DNA of 59,218 nt, filler included, from Basidiobolus ranarum (GCA_040143965.1; 10 parts of 10 records of this genome joined end to end with filler, not necessarily neighbours in it); one strand, 5' to 3'. Positions 38,839-49,862 are shown, counted from the first letter of the whole stretch. Notes: a model not told the origin generated them from the letters alone. Made by a program: numbers and translations.

Positions 38839-40329
38839 TTTCCAAAGGGGTATAAGTGAGGATTACAAGATTCAATGAGCAAAAACCTTTTATTATATCC
38901 CTTCGCATTAACACACGATCCAATCATGTGATCCCTTTTTTACACTAATTTTACTGCGGGTGGTTTGCTAAAGTTTCGCTAAACTTCTTTATCATCCCGC
39001 CTTTCCCCACTAAATAATCAATCCATTGATTGGTGGATATTTCATTTCCAGCTATGATAATCGGATCACAAACCCTGGTTGTCAGTAGTTCTTCGCTTAC
39101 CGCAGCATAGATATATATGTTACGCGTCCTCCTCTAAAGCTTCGGATATCAGAGCGTCATCGGGAATATCGGCAATAAAGAGAGGTGTAAGGATCTAAGA
39201 CGGCGTGGAAAGTGGAAAGTGATGGGAATATAATGAAATTAATATTATGAACTCCGCTATTGGTTGGTGCAGTGAATACTCCAATCAACAATGTGGATGG
39301 ATTGGCTCGAGCTTATAGCCAAATATATAGCAATACATGGAATCACATATATCTACCACCTGTAGAATATCGTTCTAACTGATTGTAAGAAATTCTGACT
39401 TTTATTTTATCTTTCAAAGTGAACGATAAAAGCTACTCTTTCACTGAAATATCATTAGCAGTACACTAATAAAGCTCAGTTACTGATAAGAAGCATTAAA
39501 GTTAACCAAAAATGATTACAGTAACTATCAGCAAGGTAAGCTCTATATGCTCAAGATTGTAGTCTACCCAAGCTTTACTGCTTAATTATTATCAAGCTGA
39601 TTCTTAACAAATGGTATGGTAAAAAATATGTTATGATTTTGCCAATTAGACTGTACTCTGACTAGCTATAGTTATAAATTCTCCATAACATTTTACATAT
39701 TTATGTTCCCATCCATATGAGCTACTCTTTAAATTTTGAGAAAAGGAGTCAAAATATTCAGTTTGTGTGACAGATTCTTTCAACACTTATTTGGTGAGTA
39801 TTGAGGAAAGTTAGTAGGAAAGTGACTACTTTAGTTAAAGCAAAAAAATATCACTACATCAAACTGACAACATTCTAGCCATATATCTTTACAAAATTCT
39901 TTACATTTTCAACAGGAAAAAGATGATTTGCATTAACTCTGCATATATCTCCCTTTAAAAAATTGATATTGGATGACCTTCATTGGATCCTGATCAAATC
40001 AAAGGAACACCATCAGAAATCCTTGATAAACCCTGCAACCTGGATTTTGACTGCTTTTATGCAGATTACCCTATGATGTTCTGATGGGATTCCTGCAGTA
40101 TTTTTGTAAAAATTGGATGATAAACCTTTATTCAATATCTTAGTTAACTTTAGTTATGATATATATATCCGAAACAGAAAGCAATGTATTTATAGCCCCT
40201 ATATTTTAAATAGGAATATCTCTATATCTGTACAACAAGTATGTCTTATCTCCCCATTAATCTATTATATCTTATCACAACAACTCCTAAATATCTCAAA
40301 CAATTGATTTACTTCTCCACTACATAAGT

Positions 40330-41010
40330 CATCATATTCTCTTAAGAATAAAGTAACAGAAACACTAGCATAAGTGGCCTCAATATATAAAGACTACCCT
40401 CATTATGTCAAGATCCTCAACATGGTAGCAGCAAGTGAATTAGGGTCTTCTTCCCAAAAGGAGATTACCAATGTTCCAACATTCAACAGGGAAGATTTTC
40501 ATGAATGGAAATCCAAGATGCAACTTATGCTTGAAGGGAAACATATCTAGGAAATAGTTCAAGCAGATGAGGAAGAAGAAACATCTGAAGAAGAAAGTAC
40601 AGATTCTGACACTGAAACAATGAAGCCCACACATAAAGAAGCCAGGGTAATCTTCAAAGAAAAAAACAGATTCGCATTTAGGGAAATATGTCTAAGAATG
40701 GGTTCACAACAATTTTTGCTAGTCAGAGATGCTGACTCTGCCAAGAATGAATGGGAAATCATAGTGGAATATCATGAGCAAAAAGGGCTTTCTCACTTGA
40801 TGATGCTACAAGGAAAATTTGTAAACTCTTGTATATCTGAGGATTCAGATATTTCAACATATGTAAATGGTTTCAAGAAACTTGCCCAATAACTGGAATC
40901 AGTGAATTATGAGGTACCAGAAGTGGATATAATCCTTACAATAATTGATGGTCTCCCTGAATCATATTTAGCCCTAGTACTCACTTTGGAAGCAATTGGG
41001 GATAAGCTTA
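40330..41010 (+). mobile_element. Decayed Ty1/Copia LTR retrotransposon 5' end (LTR end, PBS, gag)
   Basis: ...CAACA (40418-40422) is followed by PBS TGGTAGCAGC, complementary to an initiator tRNA-Met-type 3' end. Gag-like VPTFNREDFHEWKSKMQLML...SAKNEWEII...IIDGLPESY has stops at 40548 and 40890. The LTR 5' boundary is unresolved. Confidence 0.85.
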
Positions 41011-41354
41011 TTGGGAAAGTTTTGGCTGTTTGGAGGAACTTTAGAAAATTGGAGTTGTGAACAGCTTTGTGAGATAATTATTATTGTCCAGAAATAAAAC
41101 ATTTATACATTTTGGTAGAAATACAGAAAACTAACACTGGAGTTGCATTCAGAACATCTGTGGGAGTAAAATGAGCTATCTTTGGGGCAATTTGGACAAG
41201 TTTAAAATTCCAATATGGAATTGCTAATTCTCACATTATTCACATATATATATAATGTATGTTCCGACTTTCAGCTAAGTGAAATTTGAGTAAGTAATGT
41301 TAACTAACTTATATGTGATATATGAAGTAGTTAGGTGTATAAAGATAGAGATAA

Positions 41355-41471
41355 CTGTTGAAATTAGCATTGCCTAAACACCTATATAGTCATATATAGC
41401 TTAGTACTTAGTTATCTTATAATTCACTAAGATATTATCAATTATTCTGAATTGGAATTTACTTAGAATAT
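41355..41471 (+). repeat. Dispersed AT-rich repeat family copy at contig end
   Basis: Near-identical to 5741-5850. Confidence 0.92.
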
Positions 41472-41599
41472 NNNNNNNNNNNNNNNNNNNNNNNNNNNNN
41501 NNNNNNNNNNNNNNNTTAATTAATTAANNNNNNNNNNNNNNNNNNNNNNNNNNNNNNNNNNNNNNNNNNNNGGTAGATATGGTCGCCGATATGACTAAA

Positions 41600-42063
41600 A
41601 ACTGTTAGTAAATCTATGTGTGAATCAGAATTTCCAGAAATAAATGATGTTCTCTATGTTGAATTCTGAAAGCCACCAATATTCCTTTGGAATTACTTGA
41701 TATGAATCAGGCATGCGTTTTGTACTCTTCCTTTTACGAAACCAATGGAGATAACTCCAGTTGGTATGGCATTGCGAAGAGTTTATTCTTTGTTAGCAGA
41801 GACACCACTACTGATATATATTCAACTACCGAGAAATAAAAGTTGAGCCTGAAGGAATGTCACTCATCTCTCGTAAAACCTCTCACTTTCAATGATAACA
41901 CGACTTGGCTGTTGCTACTATTTCCTCGATGCAATATCCACCAATGGCTCGAAGAATCAACATTGATTAGTGATATATCAGAAGCAACAAAATCAATCGC
42001 CAAGTTAAACTTATCGGCCTAAATGAAGAAACCTCATGATAACCAACGAGAATGCCTCTCCAT
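41600..42063 (-). pseudogene. Decayed copy 0 of the unknown partner gene 'X' in the tandem array
   Basis: Homologous to 43204-43719 (VVLSLKVRGFTRDE*HSFRL, TGVISIGFVKGRV) with stops, frameshifts and a GT>AT donor. Confidence 0.55.
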
Positions 42064-42548
42064 CGATTTTTTACCTACTTACCTGCAACCACTTGAGATG
42101 TGAAAGAACACTGCCTTCACAAATTCAAAAACTCTATTGCTATAGATTATTTATTTATTTTTTAGCCTAGTAAACAATTCTCATCACTATTGTATTGGTT
42201 GATAGATTACCTTCGCATATACTAATACTCAGTAGCAATGTAAGAGTAACACTATATAGTAGCGTGTATTTTAATTTACGTAGTCAAATGTTACGACTTG
42301 AGCATAGATGGGTGAATATAATAGTCTCTGAAGTTGGATGTGCATTTTGTTGACATACGTATCTCTCATAATTTAAACTCTGTTGTTTGTATCACGAGTG
42401 AATGTTTAGTTCCCATATAGTTTATGTCAAAGATGACTGCACCTCAACTATAATAAAGTGTTGTTTGGTATATATAAGGTGTGTAGGTATTCTTGTATCA
42501 TTAGACAGCTTCACTTTACCTTTCAATAATCCAGTTTCACTATCCAGG

Positions 42549-43151
42549 ATGTATCTCAAAGTAGCCATTATCAGCGCCTTCTTGTTGGCCTCAGCCAATG
42601 CTGCCCACATCAAGTTATCCATGCCCTCTGACCACGAATTTCTAACTTCTGAGCTGACTTATCCAGCAGGAGAAGGATTCATGATTAGAGAAGGTCATGA
42701 ATTCTTCACCCCTTCTAAGTATACGAAACATGGAAAGAAAGTTGGTAAACAATGGTCAGAGATGACTCCTGAAACTAGTGACCAAGAAACCAACCTTCCA
42801 GTTACATCTGATAGCTCTGTGGCACCTGACGCGGAGAGTGCTGAAGATAATGATGTCGACTACAGTGTCGATGATGAAGGAAACACGGATTTGGATACTT
42901 CTCCCGAAGAAACTGAGTTGCGAGGAGGTCGCGGTGGTCGTGGTCGTGGAGGCCGTGGACGCGGACGTGGTGGAAGAGGTCGTGGTCGCGGGCGTTTTGG
43001 AAGAGGTCGCGGTCGTTTTGGAAGAGGTCGTGGACGCTTTGGCAGAGGCAGATTCGGTCGCTTTGGTCGTGGTAGATTCGGTAGATTTGGTCGTGGCAGA
43101 TTTGGTAGATTTGGTAGATACGGTGGATATGGATATGACTGTGGCTGTTAA
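42549..43151 (+). CDS. Secreted Gly/Arg/Phe-rich precursor, array copy 1 (200 aa; first cargo mostly deleted)
   Basis: Signal MYLKVAIISAFLLASANA, acidic linker ending TSPEETEL, 76-aa RGG/RFG tail ending YGGYGYDCGC. TATATAA at 42471. Confidence 0.88.
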   Translation: MYLKVAIISAFLLASANAAHIKLSMPSDHEFLTSELTYPAGEGFMIREGHEFFTPSKYTKHGKKVGKQWSEMTPETSDQETNLPVTSDSSVAPDAESAEDNDVDYSVDDEGNTDLDTSPEETELRGGRGGRGRGGRGRGRGGRGRGRGRFGRGRGRFGRGRGRFGRGRFGRFGRGRFGRFGRGRFGRFGRYGGYGYDCGC

Positions 43152-43203
43152 ACAAATTATACTTCAAATCTGAGGATTATGAATAGTCATTTGAAATATC
43201 CTT

Positions 43204-43719
43204 TTACCAAATAGATTCGGACATCGTGGATATGAATGGTATAATGGATACGACTATGAAAGCTGTTAGTAGATCTATGTTGTGAGTCAGATTTTCCAGA
43301 AATAAATGAACTTCTCTATGCTGCAATCTAGAGCTTATCAATATTCCATTGAAATTGCTTGATATGAATCCGGCATGCGCTTTGTGTACTCTTCCTTTTA
43401 AGTAACCGAAGGAGATAACTCCGGTGGACTCTCTACAATATGGCACAACAAAGGATTTGTTTTTTATTAGCAAAATCACCGCGGCATGTAGTAAATTGTT
43501 GATAAATAACCTGAAGGAATAGCACTCTTCTTTCGTAAAAGCGATCACTTTCTGTGATACTACAACTTCAATGTACTTGCTATTTGGGTCAACAGCATCC
43601 ACTAATGTCCCTAAAAACACGCATAAATTAATGCTATATTGGCAGCAATAACTGAGATTACAAAATTGAACTTACCAACTCAAGTGAAAAACCTCAGAAT
43701 AACAAAAGGTAAATACCAT
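43204..43719 (-). pseudogene. Unknown partner gene 'X', best-preserved copy (intron 43611-43675)
   Basis: Open exon GTLVDAVDPNSKYIEVVVSQKVIAFTKEECYSFRL...YCRESTGVISFGY... follows a canonical GTAAGT...TTTTTAG intron. The hydrophobic first exon carries a stop or frameshift. Confidence 0.55.
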
Positions 43720-44200
43720 TATTTTTTACTCTACATACTCTCAAACGCTACTTTAATCCATAGAACTCACATTACCGACACACCCTCAAACACTCACTAT
43801 TACAAAAGACCTCAATCTTAATTAATTATTCATTTCCTGACCCAGTAAACAACTCTATGGTTATTATATTGGTTGGTGAGCTACATTGGCAACTAGAACT
43901 ACCCAGTATCAATTTAAAAGTAACTCCATATAGTGTCATATATTAGGCTTTTTGTAATCATATGTTGCAATATGATTCTTTTTCTTAGCTAAATTGACAC
44001 TTTCAGTCACATACATCTTCCACTTTTTAAACTCACATCTACGCGACACGAATACATGTTCAACTTTCATATAGTTTATGCCAAAGATGACTGTGTATGA
44101 ACTATAATAAAGGTCTGTTTGGAATATATAATGTGCCGATATTCCTCAGTTTTTAGACAGCTTCGATTTTCTTCTCAACAATCCAGCAGCAATACTCAGG

Positions 44201-44935
44201 ATGTATCTCAAAGTAGCCATTATCAGCGCCTTCTTGTTGGCCTCAACCAATGCTGCACACATCAAGTTATCCATGCCCTCTGACCACGAATTTCTAACTT
44301 CCGGGATGACTTATCCCGCAGGTGAAGGTTTCATGATTAGAGAAGGTAACGAGCTCTTCCTCCCTAACTTTATGTTGGATGAGGAGATCGAAGTCACTCC
44401 GGAAGAGTCTCAGCTACGTCGTGTGAACTTGGGTAAGGCTTTATCTCGCATGTCCAAGTCCGCTCGAGGCAAGAAATGGAAAGGAAAAGGGAAAGGGAAA
44501 GGGAAATCCACCCATTCTAAGCTTGAGAAACATGGAAAGAAAGTTGGTAAACTAGGGTCAGAGATGACTTCTGAAACTGGTGACCAAGAAACCAATCCTC
44601 CAGTTACATCTGATAGCTCTGTGGCACCTGACGCGGAGAGTGCTGAAGATAATGATGTCGACTACAGTGTAGACGATGAAGGAAACACGGATTTGGATAC
44701 TTCCCCTGAAGAAACTGAGTTACAGAGAGGACGCGGTGGACGTGGAGGTCGGGGAGGACGTGGTCGTGGCGGACGTGGGCGCGGACGTGGTGGAAGAGGA
44801 CGTGGTCGTTTTGGAAGAGGCCGCGGTCGATTTGGTCGTGGCCGCTTTGGCAGAGGTAGATTCGGTAGATTTGGTCGCTTTGGTCGTGGCAGATTTGGTA
44901 GATACGGTGGATATGGATATGACTGTGTCTGTTAA
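44201..44935 (+). CDS. Secreted two-cargo cationic precursor, array copy 2 (244 aa)
   Basis: Signal peptide; DEEIEVTPEESQL|RRVNLGKALSRMSKSARGKKWKGKGKGKGK...KHGKKVGK; acidic linker TSPEETELQ|RGRGG...RFGRYGGYGYDCVC. TATATAA at 44125. Confidence 0.9.
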   Translation: MYLKVAIISAFLLASTNAAHIKLSMPSDHEFLTSGMTYPAGEGFMIREGNELFLPNFMLDEEIEVTPEESQLRRVNLGKALSRMSKSARGKKWKGKGKGKGKSTHSKLEKHGKKVGKLGSEMTSETGDQETNPPVTSDSSVAPDAESAEDNDVDYSVDDEGNTDLDTSPEETELQRGRGGRGGRGGRGRGGRGRGRGGRGRGRFGRGRGRFGRGRFGRGRFGRFGRFGRGRFGRYGGYGYDCVC

Positions 44936-44987
44936 ACAAATTGTACTTCAAATCTGAGGATTGTGAATAGTCATTTGAAATATCCTT

Positions 44988-45430
44988 TTACCAAAAAGAT
45001 TCGGTCATCGTGGATATGAATGGTATAACGGATACGACTATGAAAGCTGTTAGTAAATCTATGTTGTCAGTTGGATTTTCCAACAATAAATGAATTTCTC
45101 TATGCTGAAATCTAAAGCTCATCAATATTCCATTGGAATAACTTAATATGAGTCTGGCATGCGCTTTGTGTACTCTTTCTTTTACGTAACCGAAGATGAT
45201 AACTCCAGCTGAATCTCTACAGTATAGCGCTGCGAAGAGTTTGTTTTTTGTTGGCAAAGACCCCACGAGATGTGTTAAAATACTGCTACTAGATATTCAA
45301 CCACCGAGAAATAGAATTTGTGCCTGAAAGAATGACACGCATCTCTTGTAAAATGTCGTATTTTCGGTGACAACACAACTTGGTTATTTGTACTACTGTT
45401 ATCGATGCAATATCCACCAATGACTCAAAG
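44988..45430 (-). pseudogene. Decayed copy 2 of partner gene 'X'
   Basis: QVVLSPKIRHFTRDACHSFRH...KNKLFAALYCRDSAGVIIFGYVKERVHKAHA aligns with 43204-43620. It is frameshifted and its 5' end is deleted. Confidence 0.55.
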
Positions 45431-45451
45431 AATCAACACTGATTAGTAATG

Positions 45452-45840
45452 AGGCCTTCATCCCTAACTTGATGTTGTATAAGGAGGTTGAAGTAACCCC
45501 GGAAGAGTCTCAGCTGGGCCGTATGAAACTTACGAACATACTTTCTCAAATGATCAAGATAGCTTAAGGCACCAACACTTCGCCCACGCGAGACAGTGCT
45601 GTCTCATCCGATGTAGAGAATGATGAGAATAAAAATGTCAAAGGATGGTTAGGGTTAGGCATGAAGGAAATCCGGATTAGGATAATTTCCCAGAAGAGAC
45701 TAAGTTGCAAGGAGGACACGATGGGCGTGGTAGTAGAGGTGGATGTGGTGGAAGAGGCCGTGGTCGTGGCCGCTTTGGTAGGGGTAGATCTGGTCGCTGT
45801 GGACATGGATAGTATGGCCGATATGATTGGAAATTGTTAG
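45452..45840 (+). pseudogene. Pseudogene copy 3 of the cationic precursor (no signal peptide, internal stops)
   Basis: FIPNLMLYKEVEVTPEESQLGRMKLTNILSQMIKIA*...EGNPD*DNFPEETKLQGG...GRGRGRGRFGRGR. Confidence 0.85.
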
Positions 45841-46251
45841 TAAATCTATGTTGCGAATTAGAATTTCCAGAAATAAATGAAGTTCTCTATGTTGGGATTT
45901 GAAATTCATATATAAAGCACTTCATACTTAACCGGTATGCGCTTAACCTACTCTTCAAATAATCAAAGAGAGCCTTACAATATGCCATGATCAAGGATTT
46001 GAATGAGACAAAGATTACCGATTAATCAACTACCGAGAAATAAATGTTAAACTGACGGAATGGCATTTGTTCCTGCAAATCCCCTCACTTTCAGTGATAA
46101 CACATCTTGGGTATTGCTACTACTTCTATCAAAACTATGTATACGAATGACTGGAAGAATAAGCATTGATCAATAGCAATCAAAGAGTTCTCAAAACTGA
46201 ACTTATCAGCCTAAATGAAAAAACCTCACAATAACCGACGGAAATGCCACA
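45830..46251 (-). pseudogene. Decayed copy 3 of partner gene 'X'
   Basis: Nucleotide similarity to the other copies (TAAATCTATGTTG...TTCCAGAAATAAATGAA, ACTACCGAGAAATA, CTCACTTTCAGTGATAACAC). Confidence 0.5.
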
Positions 46252-46759
46252 CTATTGCTCTTTTAACCACCTGCCCTCAATAACAAATTTCTGAATTATG
46301 AGGCTCGCATATTCAAACACTTGCTACTAGAAAACATAACGCTGAACCAAATGATTATTTATTCATTTCCTACTCGGTAAACAACTCCGAGCATTATGGT
46401 ATTGGTTTGTGAAGCATATTGGCAATTACAAGTATTCATTAGCAACGTAAAAGTAGCATCATACTGTGTCATATATTTAACTTTGCGTAGTCATATGTTG
46501 CAGTATCCTCGGGCCTGAACAAGAAAATGCAACAGTCTTTGAAGTTGGATGCGCACTTCGCTGACATATGTATCTCCCACAATTTAAACTCTGTTGTTTG
46601 TATCATGAGTGAATGTTTAGTTCCTGTATAGTTTATGTCCAAGATGACTGTATCTCAACTATAATAAAGCGTTGTTTGGAATATATAAAATGTGCAAATA
46701 TTACTCAGTCTTTGGACAGCTTCTATCTGCTTTTCAACAATCCAATTTCACTATCCAGG

Positions 46760-47390
46760 ATGTATCTCAACGTAGTTACTATCAGCGCCTTCCTATTAGC
46801 CTCGCTAACCAATGCTGCTACTATCAAGCTAACCATACCTTCTGACCATGACTTTTTAACCTCTGAATTGGCCTATCCAGTAGGTGAAAGGTTGATAATT
46901 AGAGAAGGCAATGGTTTCTTCATCCCTAATTTTATATTGGATGAAGAAATCGAAGTCACTCCAGAAGAGTCCCAGCTGTTTCGTGTCAAATTTGGGAAGA
47001 TACTTTCTCGCGCGGTCAAGTTAGCTCGAAGCAAGATCGGGAAATTGACCCCTTCCAAAGTTGTGAAGATTGGAAAGAAAGTTGGTAAAGTTGCGTCAGA
47101 GATTATTTCTGAAACTGGTGACCAAGAAGCCAGTCCTCCAGCTACATCTGATGGCTCTGTGGCACCTGATGCGGAGAATGATGAAGATAAGGATGTCGAC
47201 TACAGTGTAGATGATGAAGGAAACACGGATTTGGATACTTCCCCAGAAGAAACTGAGTTACAAAGAGGACGTGGTGGGCGTGGAGGACGTGGAGGACGTG
47301 GTCGTGGTGGGCGTGGTGACCGTGTGCGCGGGCGCGGGCGTGGTGGAAGAGGCCGTGGTCGTGGAGGTCGTGGTCGTGGTCGTGGAGGTC
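46760..47390 (+). CDS. Secreted two-cargo cationic precursor, array copy 4 (3' end cut by contig edge)
   Basis: Signal MYLNVVTISAFLLASLTNA; VTPEESQL|FRVKFGKILSRAVKLARSKIGKLTPSKVVKIGKKVGKVAS; TSPEETELQ|RGRGG... TATATAA at 46682. Confidence 0.9.
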
Positions 47391-47490
47391 NNNNNNNNNN
47401 NNNNNNNNNNNNNNNNNNNNNNNNNNNNNNNNNNTTAATTAATTAANNNNNNNNNNNNNNNNNNNNNNNNNNNNNNNNNNNNNNNNNNNN

Positions 47491-49862
47491 ATCACATCTT
47501 CTTTAGACTCGGGCTTCGAGTGCTCCTCCACTATCACTTCTTCCATAGCAATCGCCTGTGATAGTTTTTCAGCCTTGATGATCATTCCTTTACTATCTGT
47601 ACTCTTAGCTTGTGTATTCAGCCCGTCTTCAAACAAAGATTCTAAGACCGCATAGTTAATCTTCTTGGAGACTTTCTTAGTGTTGAGCATTTGTTTCGCT
47701 GCTTCGACAACCGTTTGCGCTGGCGTGGTAGGCTTCGTTGATTTCTTTCTCCGCTAATATTGACGAAAGTGAGGTTGTTTAGTCTAAAGTATATACGAAT
47801 AGTCATGCATTGAAGATTAGCAAACCTTTCGGTGCGTCTTAGTATTTATGCCTAATTGTTCATTGAGTTCCTCTCGTTTTCGTTTGGCTAGAAATTATTA
47901 ATGAAGGATGATTAGTCTGATCCGAGATGTTAGTAACGTTCTCTCGTTAGCTTTCGTTACCTTCTAATTGCTCCAAATACTCCTTGTTATTTTCAGTCCA
48001 AACCTCCGTTTTGACTTTTACTTCATCGTCATCCAGAATTACATTACGAATCTCATCATCATCTATATCTGACCAATTCTCCACCTCTTCATCGATATCT
48101 TTCACTAACAAACCGGGTTGATTTAATATGATAATCGAGAAAGTGAACAGTAATTGTCGAATAAATACCGTTTATATCTTTAGCAAGACCTAAGAGCTGT
48201 TCACCATGAAGATATTCGTTCATCTCTGCCGCCAGGGTCTCTTCTTCATTATCCGATGAGCTCTCCTCCTTCTTCATCATACCTTCCTTAATGTCCACCT
48301 TTTGCCCGCCTACACTCATTCTCTGCTCTTGTTCATCCTCTTCTTGATCCTCTTCTGTCACGTCTTGGTGCTTCTTTCGTGCACGTTTAAATGCTGGGGG
48401 ATCACATGCCTCTTCCAACCAAAGGTTCTGAAAGTCCGAGACACTCAGATTTCCGGAGGGAGTTTCTTTGAATTCGTCCAATCTAAAGGAAGGTTAAGAA
48501 GAAAGAAAGTTTTAACCAATAGAGTTCAAACATTCCGTGCATTGAATGGCCATAGTTCCATGTTTCAATGTACCTCTTTCTGAGAGTGATTTCAGCGATT
48601 TTCACCACTTGAATAATCTCCCGTTGAGTTCTACGAAAATTATGCATTCTAGCAGCAATCAATAAGCCTGATTGAAGATGTTAACTTGTATTTCTAATTG
48701 AGCTTGTGGATTATCCTAATCATTAAAGTACTTACAGGCACCACAAATACCAGCAGGTCTACGCCCCGTTTGAATCCAATCTCGGTCCATTCTTTGAACC
48801 AGACGCATAGCATCAGCGGCGACTGCGTGAGTTTTATCTCCAAACTCAAGCATAGCAGCAAATCGCGAAATATACAAACTAGGATCGACCAGCGGTAGGT
48901 TCAAATGAAGCTCTCTAGCTAACTTCAAAAAAGTACTGCCCAGTGTAAAGACGTTGGTCTATTCCCCAGAATAGAAATTAAATGGGTCAGTAAAACGATA
49001 GAAAAGATGGGATTTAACAAAGTCTAAAAAAGCGAGAGAAAATACGAAACATATAGCAACCTGAAGTATATCAGAAAAATCAATCAACATATGACTTGTC
49101 TTTTCCATACGGCAAACTATATATAAACACGCTGCCACCACGTTCTGAGTTTTTCTTCCTTGTAGAAAGTTATTAGCGATGGCAAGGTTGAAATATCTCT
49201 GAGCGGCTTCCATAAATCTTTCGGATAGACGAAGAGCAGTAGCAATACTTTGAATTCTCTGACGACCTAGGGGAGAGAGAAAAACAGCATAAACACAAAG
49301 TTTTAGTTCGTGCTAAAAGGTTGTGTATAAAAAGAAAATTTTTCAACCCTCAGCGATCGTTTTTTCTCGAGACTCTAAAGCATTTTGTCGGCGATATGAG
49401 CCGATGGCAGCTCTTCCTAAAGTTATTTAGATATATCCCGTCAGTTTTCCAATACCTTGGTGAAGCAAGTAAAGAGCTGAACCTATTTACGAACAGTACA
49501 AGTATAAAAAAATACAAACCTTTGTCTGCCGCCACATATGAGCCCTGTAGAATGGCTGCTCCACTGGCAGATTCACCAAAAGTGACCTCAGAAACAATGG
49601 TATTCTCTTCAATAACCTACATACATAGTAATCTTCGTTAATATGACTTAACGCTGGTAATTGTTGGTTGCTGGTAACTGAAATCTCGGGTATAAAAAAA
49701 TCCAACTAAATATTACTGAAAGTACCCATTCATTCCATAAACGGGAAGGAAAAAGGGGAGTAGAATAGGAGTAATACTTACTGTACCACAGTTGGTACAC
49801 ACGGAGTTACCCTGGGTTGAATCAAACTCAATGATTGACTCTCCACATTGCCGACAAGACAT
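47491..49862 (-). CDS. BRF1: TFIIIB subunit Brf1 (multi-exon, 3' end truncated)
   Basis: Zn ribbon MSCRQCG...[83 protein letters not shown]. Confidence 0.96.

Noticed and set aside
42778-43173. Val/Asp-rich alternate-frame and His/Asp-rich antisense ORFs over the Gly/Arg tails (also 44604-44957, 47211-47438)
   Set aside because: Shadow frames of GGN/CGN codons; only the signal-peptide frame has a coherent architecture.
43196-43205. ATATCCTTT AT-AC-type donor after precursor stop codons (also ~44980)
   Set aside because: No matching CCTTAAC branch and AC acceptor found downstream.
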